From positions 186,001 to 250,000 of IMG/VR virus record IMGVR_UViG_3300042549_005931: a stretch of DNA of 64,000 bases. One strand, given 5' to 3'. A program made the translations under genes and the position numbers. Below are positions 48,119 to 59,195 of this stretch, one piece after another; position 1 is the stretch's first letter; the number at the start of each line of letters is the position of its first letter. The notes under the pieces were generated by a model, which made no database searches, was not told the origin of the DNA, and saw nothing but the letters and a program-made list of their open reading frames with translations.

Positions 48119-48886
48119 TTACGCACCCACCGCTTTACTGAATCCATTAGGACAAGTTTTAGTACATACCAAAGATGCAACAACCGGTGCAACTGCCGCT
48201 CCGATTGCAATACCAACTCCCGCAGGTGTTGCCCATAAAGCTGCCGAATCTAAACTGTAGTAAATACAATTTGATATTACATTTTTTAATAGTTGAGAAT
48301 CAACACTTCCACCAACACCGGGTATTTCTAAAAATGCGTTCGCCACTATTGAACCCATTGCGGTTGCTACCGTTGATTTGACAGCAATATCGGCAGTATA
48401 AAGAACCGGTGTTGCCATTAACGACAATGTGGTTGAAGTTGCAGCTCCCGCAGGTTGTGCGGGTGTGAATGCTGCAACACAACCCATAGAAATTGCCGCA
48501 GTTATTCCAATTGTACAAGCATTTGCATCTGCCCATTTATATGCTGACACCGCACCCGCTGCAACTATTTCAACGCCTGCCACAATTTGTTGTTCAGCTT
48601 GTTTGGATAATTGAATAAATTCGCTTTGAGTTACATCAAATCCCACCTTTGCAAATTCCTCAGTACTACTTGCAATGGTACAAGCCACGCTTTCTACTCT
48701 ATGCGCACTATCGGTGGCAAATGTTGCTGAATAATTGTATGCATCTACTACACCACCTATTGCAACGTTTATACCATCTCCTATTGGTTTAATAACTGCA
48801 TCATTAATTGGTTGAATTACGTTATCATTAATTGTATTTCCCAAATCTACAAATGCGTTTTCAATTGCTTTTCCTGCTCCGCCCAT
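48119..48886 (-). CDS. Ala-rich hydrophobic hypothetical protein
   Basis: 255-aa ORF with several hydrophobic helices and Cys. Confidence 0.55.
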   Translation of the reverse strand: MGGAGKAIENAFVDLGNTINDNVIQPINDAVIKPIGDGINVAIGGVVDAYNYSATFATDSAHRVESVACTIASSTEEFAKVGFDVTQSEFIQLSKQAEQQIVAGVEIVAAGAVSAYKWADANACTIGITAAISMGCVAAFTPAQPAGAATSTTLSLMATPVLYTADIAVKSTVATAMGSIVANAFLEIPGVGGSVDSQLLKNVISNCIYYSLDSAALWATPAGVGIAIGAAVAPVVASLVCTKTCPNGFSKAVGA

Positions 48887-48913
48887 AATTTTTGTTTTTT
48901 TTAGTTCAATAGT

Positions 48914-49222
48914 TTATTTTATTTCCATTTTCATTAAGTATAGTTCATCATTTTCAAAAAAATCTTTGAATCCAAACATTTTTGCTAATTTCTTTGCTTT
49001 TAGATTACCTTTTACAGGTGCTCCATATATTTCAGTATATCCCTCATCCTTAAAGTTTTGAAGAATACTATTATAAATATTTAACATTCTTTTAAAAAAA
49101 GAATATGACCATACCTCCTCATTAAAACTTACATGTATTGCAATTTTTGTTCTATTAAAAAGATAATCACACTCCACCAATACTTCTTCATCTTCATATA
49201 GTGTAACCCGTATCGATGTCAT
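48914..49222 (-). CDS. hypothetical (GNAT-like) protein
   Basis: N.KA.KLA..FGF motif. Confidence 0.45.
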   Translation of the reverse strand: MTSIRVTLYEDEEVLVECDYLFNRTKIAIHVSFNEEVWSYSFFKRMLNIYNSILQNFKDEGYTEIYGAPVKGNLKAKKLAKMFGFKDFFENDELYLMKMEIK

Positions 49223-49225
49223 ACA

Positions 49226-49792
49226 TTATTTTATAAGATGATTTTTGGTTATATAATTAAAAATATCTAAAGACGTTTCTTGGTTAACATTAAAATCTAT
49301 AAAATCTATGTTATTACTTACCAGCTTATGTTTTATTTCCTCGTCAATTTGTTTTGATTCGTTTAAGTCTTGGAACCTACCATTTTGGTCATAGGTTTCA
49401 TCGTTTCTATTGAGGAATATGTTTAGACTATTGTACTTCTTAAATAAGCTTAAAATGAAAGTATCATATGTTTCATCATAGAACGTTGCAGGATACTCCG
49501 GCGTATCATTATATCTTTCCTTATATACCAAACCTAATATGATTGGTGAATCAACAATTATATAATCAACTTTTCCATACAACCTACTAATGTTCCTATG
49601 TTGATTGGCCGTAATATAAAATTGGTCTTTAATTGCTGAGAAGTTTTCCTCCCAAGCAACAATCTTAGGAAACTCAAATGTTAGTTCAACATCCATGTGA
49701 TGTTTTTTCATTTCGGTAAATAAACCCGATGATTGTGTGGACTTTCCGATGCCTGGACCGCCAAAGAAATTAATTATTAAGCTCATATCCAA
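49226..49792 (-). CDS. NadR/AAA_28-like P-loop kinase
   Basis: GGPGIGKST, IVDSP, GRFQ. Confidence 0.75.
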   Translation of the reverse strand: MDMSLIINFFGGPGIGKSTQSSGLFTEMKKHHMDVELTFEFPKIVAWEENFSAIKDQFYITANQHRNISRLYGKVDYIIVDSPIILGLVYKERYNDTPEYPATFYDETYDTFILSLFKKYNSLNIFLNRNDETYDQNGRFQDLNESKQIDEEIKHKLVSNNIDFIDFNVNQETSLDIFNYITKNHLIK

Positions 49793-49851
49793 ATATATAT
49801 TTTTTTTGTGTAAATAACAATATATTTATTTATTTAAAGGTATTTATTACT

Positions 49852-50157
49852 ATGGAAAACATGTACACCGTATTATTAACCGCAGTCACAGTATTAGGCT
49901 CTGCCGGGGCTTGGAGGTTCTACGAAAGAAGAGCATTACACAAAGAAAGAGATGAAGATTTTATTCGTCATGACTGTAAAGATAGAATTTCTAAGTTAGA
50001 AGGATTATTAGAATCGGCATCAAAAGAGAAAGATGAATTACGTACAATGGTTTTAACGTTAACCAGAGAAGTTGCGGCATTAAGTGTTAAAGTTGAATAT
50101 CTAACCAAAGAAAACGAAGTATTACATAAAACAACAACAAGAACCAAAAAAGTTTAA
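49852..50157 (+). CDS. TM + coiled-coil protein
   Basis: N-terminal TM, heptad repeats. Confidence 0.6.
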   Translation: MENMYTVLLTAVTVLGSAGAWRFYERRALHKERDEDFIRHDCKDRISKLEGLLESASKEKDELRTMVLTLTREVAALSVKVEYLTKENEVLHKTTTRTKKV

Positions 50158-50723
50158 CAACTTTTGGTTAACAAATCGAATATAGTTATAATATCTTCCA
50201 AACACAAATAATTATAACATTCGGAATATCCTGAGAAGGATTCTAAAACGGGTCTGTATTTTTTTACAGACCTTTTTTTATTTAACGTATCTTTAATATC
50301 TGATTCAAGTTTTTCAGCATTTGGTGTATCAATCCTTCTCAATATAGATTCAACCACATATCCATCATAACCATATGCTTTACTGAATCTCCTCATAATA
50401 AAACGTTTTGATGTGATACCAACTTTGACAAATGTTTTACCGGTACTCTCTTCTTTAATTAATACAAGATAAAGTGATTTGGGTAACTTAGATATTTTCT
50501 TTTTCTTATCTTGTGATTTTTTTACCAACTTTAAATTAACATAATCTTTGGCCTTATCCAATGTTTTAAATTCTTTTACATCACGATATGGATTTGCAAC
50601 AACTTTCTTAAAACGTTCAATAAAGATTGTCTTACCACTATCTACTTGATATTTCACACCCTTCAATGTTTTAATCTCATAGATTGAATAATATCCAATG
50701 TTTAATAATAGTTTTTGTGACAT
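50154..50723 (-). CDS. GIY-YIG-like (T5orf172-type) nuclease domain protein
   Basis: LYLVLI...VKVGIT...RRF...E..E...GYSECY. Confidence 0.55.
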   Translation of the reverse strand: MSQKLLLNIGYYSIYEIKTLKGVKYQVDSGKTIFIERFKKVVANPYRDVKEFKTLDKAKDYVNLKLVKKSQDKKKKISKLPKSLYLVLIKEESTGKTFVKVGITSKRFIMRRFSKAYGYDGYVVESILRRIDTPNAEKLESDIKDTLNKKRSVKKYRPVLESFSGYSECYNYLCLEDIITIFDLLTKSC

Positions 50724-50799
50724 AATAATAGATATAGTATAATCAATAAATCCTTGATTTTGTAGATAAAAAAAGATATTTATTTAATATTTATGTATT

Positions 50800-52536
50800 A
50801 TGGATATTAAAAAAATCATTCGTCAATTTTTATTAGAACAAGAGGGTGAAGAGGCGGCACCACAACAACCACAGTTAACAAGACAACAAAGAGAATCATA
50901 TGACCGTTTAGCTGCAAAATGGAAACAAGAAAATCCTGAATTAAGTGATGATGAGGCAATGAAAATTTTCGTTGAGTTTAGAAAGGCATTATCCTTAATA
51001 AAAGATGAAACTCAGCCAGAAGTAAAATCATTTTTATTTCGAGGTAATGGTAAGTACACCATTAACGACTTAAGAACACCAAACAAAGTAAGTCTTCAAG
51101 ACCTATTAGATTTTTTACTTGAATTAACAAGATTCCGTATTAAACTTGGTGGTGGTGTAGACGAAAGAGCCAATTTAGAAAGACAAAGAATTGACAACAT
51201 TTTTAATGAAAAAGTTGATAGAGGAGGTACAGGTTCCATCACACCAAAAAAGATTGAAGAATCTAAAAAAATGTGGGAAGGTCAACAAAATCTTGTAATT
51301 GATGAGGGTAACTTTAGAGTATACGAAATTAATACACAACAAGACGCTCAAAGATTTGGATACTATTATCAAGAAAAACTTAGAGAATTAGTTACTTACA
51401 ATGTTGATAACCAAGTTGGTTCACTTATTGACATATATAGGTCAAAGGATGATTACGCAAATCAACCTAGAACAAGATACTCGGTAACACCTTGGTGTGT
51501 TTTTAGTAGAGGTGAAGACCAAAAAGTGAGTTACAAAAATCAAATGATTGTAAATCCAATTCGTAACATGTATACCAGTTATCGAAATGGTGCATTTTTC
51601 TATGTAGCAATTGATGAATCGAAAGATTTATTTGCACCGGGTGGCGAATATTACATTAGTACAATAATGGCAAGAAGTGATGGTGGTTTTAAAATCGCTT
51701 CAATGTATAATGGTGAATATAACGTATCACAACAAGAGTTATTAAAAATTTATCCAAAATTACAAGGTCATTTTGATTCGTTTAATTATAAACCATTTGA
51801 CCGTAACGCTGAGACTGACGAAAATGTCCCACAAAGCATAACTGACATCGTCAATGAAAATGAAGGTTCACCTAATGCTTTTTGGATGCAAACAATTGAC
51901 ACTAAAAGAGCATTTATTGAAGCTGGTGGATTTTTGAAAAATCCAAAATCGTGGGAAGCTATGAATAATGATTTGAGAAAAGAATATATAGACTCACTTC
52001 AAGACCACGATGCAAGACAAAAGATTGGTTCGGAAGAATTTATGAAGGCAATTTTCAAATCGGGTACCGCACTTAAACAAAGATTAGATAACAAATTGAA
52101 AGCCCTTGGTTTTTCAGGCATTGGTTATTTGGTTGACGACTTTATGAAAATTAATTACGGACCAGATTTTTATGGTAAGAAAAATAGTTTGATTAGAATA
52201 TACAAAAACATTCATACTAAGTTGTATGGTATCTATGATGTTAATGAGGGTACTTGGTTAAATAGAGATGGAGTTGAGTATGAAGCCGAATTTACATTAC
52301 GGTCATTACCAAAATCTGAAGATGTGTTTGATGATGAAAATGATAAAATTTATACTGTAAATGAATTTGTTTCACCAAACGCTAAGTTCTATACATTAAC
52401 TGACTTGGATGATAATGATTATAAAGTATATATACTATCTGAAAAGAAATATCGTGAATTAAAAGAAAAATTGGGTGATGACATTACACAACCTGATTTT
52501 GATACTGATACCGATATTGGTGAACAACACATATAA
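50800..52536 (+). CDS. hypothetical protein
   Basis: 578-aa ORF; WC...NMY.SYR motif shared with 57532..58485. Confidence 0.6.
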   Translation: MDIKKIIRQFLLEQEGEEAAPQQPQLTRQQRESYDRLAAKWKQENPELSDDEAMKIFVEFRKALSLIKDETQPEVKSFLFRGNGKYTINDLRTPNKVSLQDLLDFLLELTRFRIKLGGGVDERANLERQRIDNIFNEKVDRGGTGSITPKKIEESKKMWEGQQNLVIDEGNFRVYEINTQQDAQRFGYYYQEKLRELVTYNVDNQVGSLIDIYRSKDDYANQPRTRYSVTPWCVFSRGEDQKVSYKNQMIVNPIRNMYTSYRNGAFFYVAIDESKDLFAPGGEYYISTIMARSDGGFKIASMYNGEYNVSQQELLKIYPKLQGHFDSFNYKPFDRNAETDENVPQSITDIVNENEGSPNAFWMQTIDTKRAFIEAGGFLKNPKSWEAMNNDLRKEYIDSLQDHDARQKIGSEEFMKAIFKSGTALKQRLDNKLKALGFSGIGYLVDDFMKINYGPDFYGKKNSLIRIYKNIHTKLYGIYDVNEGTWLNRDGVEYEAEFTLRSLPKSEDVFDDENDKIYTVNEFVSPNAKFYTLTDLDDNDYKVYILSEKKYRELKEKLGDDITQPDFDTDTDIGEQHI

Positions 52537-52562
52537 AAAAAAGGGACATTAAGTCCCTTTTT

Positions 52563-53405
52563 TTATGCTAACAATTTATAATATTCTTTAAAGTGTTTTA
52601 TACGGTCAGCCAATCCAATTGTACCTCCGTTAACTCTTTTAGTAATCTTTGTCACAACTGCATCAGAAGAACCTTCATCTGCCATCTTATGTAACCCATT
52701 CTTAGAGAAGAACCAAGCTGCGGATAATAATGCATAACTTGATGCAACCTTGTCAGGATTTGAACATATATCTTCATTAATTGATTTACCAAATGATGTA
52801 TAGTTTTCTTTACCGGTCAATTGAATATATCCACGACCTCTAAATTTATATCCCTCTTGTGTTGGTTCGGGACCATTACCCATTCTACCACCATAAACCT
52901 TAGAAGCTATCTTCACAGGATTTCTAGCGTAAGGTGTTGCCGCAGCCTCAGTTGGAAAATATTTCTTAAACGTTCCAGTTAACCCCTTAGCTGAATAATT
53001 TAAGTTTTCTTGTGTAGCTCTAAAACCTCCCGATTCGTGTCCACATTGTGCCAAGAAATGTGCTAATCTTAATGGTGTGTTAATTGCAAATTTAGCAGCA
53101 GTGTCAGGTATCTGTGCGATAACTGCATCAGGTATATGACCACGTAACTTCTCAAGTTTTAGACCACCAGCAGATGCCACTGGTGCCGGTTCTGTAATTA
53201 GTGTTGGTGCGGATACCGTACTCTCACTAAACATTTTACCCCATGTACCATCACCAACAATACCATCAGCAGTCAATCCATGTTTAGATTGCCATTCTCT
53301 AACGGCTGCGTCAGTCTTTGGTCCAAACTTTCCTATTGGGTCTACTCCCAATTTTTGTTGGAGTTTCTTTACATCTTCTCCTTCGGAACCTAATTTTAAT
53401 AACAT
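52563..53405 (-). CDS. endolysin: PG-binding domain + GH19
   Basis: DGIVGDGTW; FLAQCGHESGGF, FRGRGYIQLTG, TKRVNGG. Confidence 0.9.
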   Translation of the reverse strand: MLLKLGSEGEDVKKLQQKLGVDPIGKFGPKTDAAVREWQSKHGLTADGIVGDGTWGKMFSESTVSAPTLITEPAPVASAGGLKLEKLRGHIPDAVIAQIPDTAAKFAINTPLRLAHFLAQCGHESGGFRATQENLNYSAKGLTGTFKKYFPTEAAATPYARNPVKIASKVYGGRMGNGPEPTQEGYKFRGRGYIQLTGKENYTSFGKSINEDICSNPDKVASSYALLSAAWFFSKNGLHKMADEGSSDAVVTKITKRVNGGTIGLADRIKHFKEYYKLLA

Positions 53406-53555
53406 ATTTGTGTTTGTTTTATAGTTTATTATATACTATAAATACTTGGAAAAAGGATTACTTTCGTTAGTCAAAGTTTTAAATGATAATAACACATTTT
53501 AAAATCTTTTTGATGATTTGTAGGATATTTATAAATTCATACCTATTTTTGTGAT

Positions 53556-54017
53556 ATGAAGAAAACAATTTTTGCATCCGCGATTGTTCTTTTTTCATTC
53601 GTATCTTTTGGTAACACATTAGATTCTTTATCGAAAAAAGACACCATTAAGAGTAAAATTGGTGAAATCAACAAGAATACCTTGTACAATCAGATTGTCG
53701 AAGCGGGTATTCAATTTCCTCAAATCGTTCTGGCTCAAGCTCTTTTAGAATCAGGACATTTTAAATCCAAACTGTTTAAGTATAATAACAATTTGTTTGG
53801 TATGCGTTTGCCCAAAGCAAGAAAGACCACAGCTATTGGAAAGAAACGTCATTACGCCGTTTATAAAGATTGGATAGGTTCAGTCGAAGATTATAAACAT
53901 TGGCAAAATAAAATCCCAAATAAACACAAGAGTTCTAAGAAGGCTTACTTGAGGTACTTAAGTCGTTATTACTCGAAATCGGGAAATTATAGTAAAAAAT
54001 TGAAAAAAATTATCTAA
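53556..54017 (+). CDS. glucosaminidase (GH73-like) domain protein
   Basis: AQALLESG...NNLFG. Confidence 0.8.
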   Translation: MKKTIFASAIVLFSFVSFGNTLDSLSKKDTIKSKIGEINKNTLYNQIVEAGIQFPQIVLAQALLESGHFKSKLFKYNNNLFGMRLPKARKTTAIGKKRHYAVYKDWIGSVEDYKHWQNKIPNKHKSSKKAYLRYLSRYYSKSGNYSKKLKKII

Positions 54018-54049
54018 TAAAAAACCCCTCATTTTGTGAGGGGTTTTTT

Positions 54050-54484
54050 TTATAAGAATCTTTTAAAATTTGCTTTTATTTTTTGAACAGATTCGTTCAT
54101 CATTTCATTCTCTTCTTCCTCATCTTCTTCTTCTTCCTTCTCATCTTCTTTTTCTTCGTCACCCATCACAGGAACTTCATTTTCTTCTTCCTCCTCATCC
54201 TCTTCTTCTTCCTCATCTTCTTTCTCTTCACTCTTACCACTTAAGATAGTACTTTTTGCTAAACTAAAAATCCCTTCAATATAGTCTGGGTCTTTGCAGT
54301 TATCAGGGAATAATTCACAATATAAATCGGCAATCTTTTCGATTGACTCGTGAGTAGATTCTTCTTTCTCTTCTTCTTCGTTAGCTTCTTTAGCAAAACC
54401 AAATCCTGCTTGTTGCTCTTGAATATTCTTTGATTTAATAATTCTTTTTAATTGTTCTTCGGTAATTTTGATTTTATTTGCCAT
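54050..54484 (-). CDS. acidic hypothetical protein, ITEEQ N-terminal motif
   Basis: ORF track. Confidence 0.6.
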   Translation of the reverse strand: MANKIKITEEQLKRIIKSKNIQEQQAGFGFAKEANEEEEKEESTHESIEKIADLYCELFPDNCKDPDYIEGIFSLAKSTILSGKSEEKEDEEEEEDEEEEENEVPVMGDEEKEDEKEEEEDEEEENEMMNESVQKIKANFKRFL

Positions 54485-54605
54485 TTTGATTTTATTATAT
54501 AAATATATGGATTTTAATAAAAAAGGGATAAGAGTAGCGAATTCTTATCCCGACACCTGAGGCCATTACTAACCCGGTCCTAAGTTGGGTCTTCAAACCC
54601 AATTA

Positions 54606-54965
54606 TCATTCGTCACCACGCCATCTTCCTGGTGCGTTTTGGTATATATCTGACATCATGTTAACATAATTTTTTTCAACCTCATCTCTATTTGTAACAC
54701 TTGCAATTAGTTTTGGAATCATATTGGAAATGTTTTCAATCGATAATTTAATACTTTCAATATATTCCTTTTCTGCCGGTGTGTATTTGCCATCTCCAAA
54801 TAACATGGTTGACGTAGCATCGGCAATATGACCATTTACCTTCTCAAGAAAAAAATTGCCTCTATATAAATTATATATTAGTTGGTTATCCTTATCGGAT
54901 AAATCTTCATTAACTAATGAGGTAGTTATTCTTTTTAATTGTTCTTCACTTATTTTGACTTTCAT
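54606..54965 (-). CDS. hypothetical protein, ISEEQ motif
   Basis: ORF track. Confidence 0.6.
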   Translation of the reverse strand: MKVKISEEQLKRITTSLVNEDLSDKDNQLIYNLYRGNFFLEKVNGHIADATSTMLFGDGKYTPAEKEYIESIKLSIENISNMIPKLIASVTNRDEVEKNYVNMMSDIYQNAPGRWRGDE

Positions 54966-54968
54966 ATC

Positions 54969-55598
54969 TTATAACTTAGGTTTTATCATATTATAAATTA
55001 ATTCACTAATATCTTCAGGGTCAGTGATTCCCGCTTTCTGTACTTTACCTTTTAACATGTTAAGATACCCCTCAAACATTTTATCGGTATAATTGTCATA
55101 ACCACCTGTATCTCTAACATTTTGGTCTGCCGGTATAACACCCATTGATTGTAGTTGTCTACATTTTCTCAATGCAAATTGGTCAGCAACATTCTCAATA
55201 TATCTTAAAAATCCAACGGCACCATCTGTTTCCAATTCACCTGTATACATATCATATATCAATTCCTTACTATATTTGTTGTATTGGTGTTGATGCGCAA
55301 TCTCATGAAAAATAACAAACATCAAATCAGCCAACGCATTTGGATTTGGTTTTAATCCATCTTCTAAAAGTCCACTTGATATTACAACTCTATTGTGTAA
55401 CGATAAACCATTTGCCATTGACATTGGTTCGAAACCAATATTCTGACATCCTGATTTTTCAATATTTGATTTAATAGTATTCCTATGTTCATCAAGTTCA
55501 GGGAATTTATTAACTATTTGGTCAATAAATAAATCCATACCACCAGTTTCCTCGTTGAGTAATTTAAAATATTGACTTTCAGTTAAAATGATATTCAT
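54969..55598 (-). CDS. HExxH metallopeptidase-like protein, LTESQ motif
   Basis: FHEIAHQHQ...ENVAD. Confidence 0.6.
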   Translation of the reverse strand: MNIILTESQYFKLLNEETGGMDLFIDQIVNKFPELDEHRNTIKSNIEKSGCQNIGFEPMSMANGLSLHNRVVISSGLLEDGLKPNPNALADLMFVIFHEIAHQHQYNKYSKELIYDMYTGELETDGAVGFLRYIENVADQFALRKCRQLQSMGVIPADQNVRDTGGYDNYTDKMFEGYLNMLKGKVQKAGITDPEDISELIYNMIKPKL

Positions 55599-56017
55599 TA
55601 CTTATGTTTTATAATTAATTCTCCCAAAACTTCTAAACGACCCACTTCTTTTTGGAATGTAGTTTGGTCCATCTCTAATGAAATACTTTTTAATGTTTCT
55701 TTAAATTCTTTTTTTGCATCATCAACATCAAACTTACCTTCTTTCGCTTTTTTATAATATGGAAATTTCACTTTAAAGTGATGATAGGTTAACATTGCCG
55801 GACCACCTTTTCTTTTTGAATTCTCAGCAATCTTTTCGGCCCCACCTAATCTTTTCTCCGCAAACTCATCAAATACTCTTGGTGAATTGTTTCTACCACA
55901 TTTATGACAAAGATACGGTTTTTTACCACCTTCAGATTTTTTCCAAGACCAACCACATTGACATTCAATATTGTCAACTTTCTCTTCAAATAATAAGTCA
56001 ATTAATTTAATTCCCAT
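55598..56017 (-). CDS. Zn-ribbon-containing hypothetical protein
   Basis: CQCGWSW...CHKCG. Confidence 0.6.
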   Translation of the reverse strand: MGIKLIDLLFEEKVDNIECQCGWSWKKSEGGKKPYLCHKCGRNNSPRVFDEFAEKRLGGAEKIAENSKRKGGPAMLTYHHFKVKFPYYKKAKEGKFDVDDAKKEFKETLKSISLEMDQTTFQKEVGRLEVLGELIIKHK

Positions 56018-56523
56018 TATACTTCAGAATCTTCGTTAAACATTAAATCATACCAAGACATCGGTAATACAACAGATATTTTAGTTTTTTTATCGTTGAC
56101 ATCGACTCTAATAAGATTATTCATACTATCACGATATTCCATACCACCAAATATACGTAACACCTCATTATAAATTTCTTCAGTAAAATCTAAACGAATA
56201 GCAAACAAATCATTGGAAGTTTCTGGTTTAATCAATTTATATCCTTGAGCTTCACCTAATTCTCTTAATTCTCTTGCCATTACCTCATCATCACCTTCAC
56301 CACCCTCAATAAATGATTGTCTTTCAGGTTCTCTAAATGATTCAGGTATATCAGTTTCACCACCACTTTTTAAGTAGTCAATTTCATCTTGAGCCATACC
56401 CTCTAACCCAACTTCATTATATTTGTCAAGTATTAAATCGTATATATGTGAATCAAAATCCTCATTGATTAATGATGAAATTCTTTTCAATTGTTCTTCT
56501 GTTAATATAATTTTCTTTCCCAT
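56017..56523 (-). CDS. hypothetical protein, LTEEQ motif
   Basis: probable start MGKKIILTEEQ. Confidence 0.6.
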   Translation of the reverse strand: MGKKIILTEEQLKRISSLINEDFDSHIYDLILDKYNEVGLEGMAQDEIDYLKSGGETDIPESFREPERQSFIEGGEGDDEVMARELRELGEAQGYKLIKPETSNDLFAIRLDFTEEIYNEVLRIFGGMEYRDSMNNLIRVDVNDKKTKISVVLPMSWYDLMFNEDSEV

Positions 56524-56539
56524 GTATATAAATACTATT

Positions 56540-57523
56540 TTATTTTGAATCTTCAGCAAATTTTGCTCTTGCACGAATAAGTCCTTGTTCTGCCGGTGTA
56601 AATTTGTTTAATGGATAATACCAATAAAATGCATATGCAAATTCCGGGTCATAATTTTTACACATATAAAAGACTTTATCACGATGAAATTCAGCTAGCT
56701 GTTTTTTTGACATTTGAGATAATACTGTTATTACGTTATCCGCTCTAAGTTTTTTAATATAAACTCCCGGATAAATATTTTTAGGTCCTTCTTTCACCAA
56801 TTTTATTATTAATTCAGTCACCAAATTAAAACCTTTACCCGAAGATTCAGGAAAATTGTCGGCATATTCAATAATCGCCTCAACTTCAACACTATTTAAG
56901 TTAGAACCTTTAGCGTCAACAATTTTATTGGCAATTATTATGGTATATTTAAATAGACCACAATAATGTAACAACGCGGTTACCGCATCATCATATGTTT
57001 CATTATGTGGATTATTTTTTAAATAATTTTCAGTATAATATCTAATTAAATAAAATCTTTTTTCATGAATATCTAACGTATCTTCTTGCCACGAGGTGAC
57101 GTTTTCTCTCATAGAGTATAATACCGCTCTCAAAATATCGGTTTTCATATTGGGGCCCAATACGTCAATTATTTTTTTACCGGTACTCACCACATCCTGT
57201 GAATTAGAAATCATTAACTCAATTAATGAAACATCACCATTTAACTTTTCACCTTTATATTTTATGAAGTTATCAATTACAGCGTCACCATGTTTTTTTA
57301 AAAGGAATAAATAAACATCTTGATAAAATGACTGAAAATTTTCATATAGTTTAGGAATTAATTCTTCGGGTAATAATTTTAGTTCATAATATTCTAAATT
57401 ACCAACAAGCACTCGTTTTCTTAAATAAGTTTTTAAAATATTTGGCGAAAGTCTTTCTACCTGATACCGAGTTAATCTTACACCACTATCCGCATATTGT
57501 CTTAATAAATCCTTATTATCCAT
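56540..57523 (-). CDS. hypothetical protein
   Basis: 327-aa ORF. Confidence 0.6.
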   Translation of the reverse strand: MDNKDLLRQYADSGVRLTRYQVERLSPNILKTYLRKRVLVGNLEYYELKLLPEELIPKLYENFQSFYQDVYLFLLKKHGDAVIDNFIKYKGEKLNGDVSLIELMISNSQDVVSTGKKIIDVLGPNMKTDILRAVLYSMRENVTSWQEDTLDIHEKRFYLIRYYTENYLKNNPHNETYDDAVTALLHYCGLFKYTIIIANKIVDAKGSNLNSVEVEAIIEYADNFPESSGKGFNLVTELIIKLVKEGPKNIYPGVYIKKLRADNVITVLSQMSKKQLAEFHRDKVFYMCKNYDPEFAYAFYWYYPLNKFTPAEQGLIRARAKFAEDSK

Positions 57524-57531
57524 TTTAGAGA

Positions 57532-58485
57532 TTATTTACCCAATAAATAATCAAATTGTTCATCGGTTAATATGTGACCACGCCCAATATATTTTGATTT
57601 ATAATCATATGGTAATTTAATAAACCATTCCAAATCTGTGTTACGAAAACCTAATAATTGTTGTTCACGTTCCTCTTCAGGTGTTTTTGGTCTATTCTGC
57701 AACAACTCATCAACAGGTACTCCCATTGATTTCAAATATTGAACATATCCATTTGCATCGTTTCCATATTCCGAAATATTACCTGTGTGATTATCGGCAT
57801 CTGTTAATAATGGACCTCTTTGTGTGTGGTCAAATACTACAATATGTAATGGGTCACTTAAATCAACCGAACCATCCTCATTTGTTTTCATCTTATTTTT
57901 GTCTACAATAAAATAAAATGTTGAAGTTTGATTATCTCTATAAGATTGATACATACTATTTCCTGGTTGACCAATACAGAAACTATATCTTTTACCCGTC
58001 AATCCACCTTGTGTATATTTTATACATCTACCAACATCAACACCATCATAAATGTCAATGTTGTTACCTGACCACATTGTTTTATCCATGGCCTCAATGT
58101 CCTCATCATCCATAGAATATGAACTTGATTTTGGTTTTTCAGCATATTTGTTTTTTTCTCCGTGGATAAATTCTGAGAATGCAATAAAATTATCATATGT
58201 ATTGTTACCAACCATTAAACGACCTTTAGAAACTTGAGCCGGCATAATTCTTTTTTTGGTAACCAATTCGTCATAATCATTCATCACATCAACAATATTA
58301 CCAAGGTCTTTATAACCACCAGCATATAATACCGCCATCAACGGGATGTTCTTTTGATTTTGAGATTGGTCATTTGCCGCAAAATAACTAATTATTTTTT
58401 CAGGTGATTCTACATTGGACTTCTTAAGATAAGCCAAACCTGTGGCTTCAGTGGCTCTTGATTCAAATAAATCTATTAATTTCAT
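57532..58485 (-). CDS. hypothetical protein
   Basis: FCI...NSMYQSYR...TFYFIVD, related to 50800..52536. Confidence 0.6.
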   Translation of the reverse strand: MKLIDLFESRATEATGLAYLKKSNVESPEKIISYFAANDQSQNQKNIPLMAVLYAGGYKDLGNIVDVMNDYDELVTKKRIMPAQVSKGRLMVGNNTYDNFIAFSEFIHGEKNKYAEKPKSSSYSMDDEDIEAMDKTMWSGNNIDIYDGVDVGRCIKYTQGGLTGKRYSFCIGQPGNSMYQSYRDNQTSTFYFIVDKNKMKTNEDGSVDLSDPLHIVVFDHTQRGPLLTDADNHTGNISEYGNDANGYVQYLKSMGVPVDELLQNRPKTPEEEREQQLLGFRNTDLEWFIKLPYDYKSKYIGRGHILTDEQFDYLLGK

Positions 58486-58497
58486 ACTATATAAATA

Positions 58498-59184
58498 TTA
58501 CACATCGAAACATTTTACGTTTCCTTCTTTATCTAATCCAAATTGTTCAAAACTTCTATCAAAATATTCAAACCTCCCCATAGTACCCTCAACACCAAGA
58601 ACACAATCACGTAGATTAATGAAAAAATCCGAAATTGATGGGTCGTACTCATTTAATTTATCAACAACCTCCCCATATTTCTTTTCATTTTTTGAACCAT
58701 CAATCAAACCAAATATACCTCTTGAAAAACCAATCTCCTCGATGGCGTTTTGTAATTTAATACACTCTTGTTTGAAACCCTTCGTATCTAATCTATCCAT
58801 AATGGCAACACCAAGGTTACTATAATATAAATTTTTATATGGTTTTACTTTATGAATTGAAACATAAAGGTTAGGATATTTGTCAAAGAATTCTTTTTCT
58901 TTAACTAAATCCTCGTAACCCCATAATTTAAAAACCAAATCAGGATTGGTGTGTGATAAATAAACTTCACGTTCCCTACCTTTACCTAATATTTTTTTTT
59001 CTCTAGTTCTAACCTCATCAAGGTCCCTTACTTCCTTATCATATTCTTTAAAACGTAAAGGATTGGACATCATTGCAGATTTAGGGAACAAACGTTTCTT
59101 TCTTGTGTTTGCAAGTGTACGACCCCTCTCGTCTAATTCAGATTCTATATGTTTAATTTGGGATTCGGTTAGTATAACTTTCAT
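58498..59184 (-). CDS. protein-kinase-like fold hypothetical protein, LTESQ motif
   Basis: LGKGREREVY...VFK and KCFD resemble kinase subdomains. Confidence 0.45.
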   Translation of the reverse strand: MKVILTESQIKHIESELDERGRTLANTRKKRLFPKSAMMSNPLRFKEYDKEVRDLDEVRTREKKILGKGREREVYLSHTNPDLVFKLWGYEDLVKEKEFFDKYPNLYVSIHKVKPYKNLYYSNLGVAIMDRLDTKGFKQECIKLQNAIEEIGFSRGIFGLIDGSKNEKKYGEVVDKLNEYDPSISDFFINLRDCVLGVEGTMGRFEYFDRSFEQFGLDKEGNVKCFDV

Positions 59185-59195
59185 ATTATTAAATA

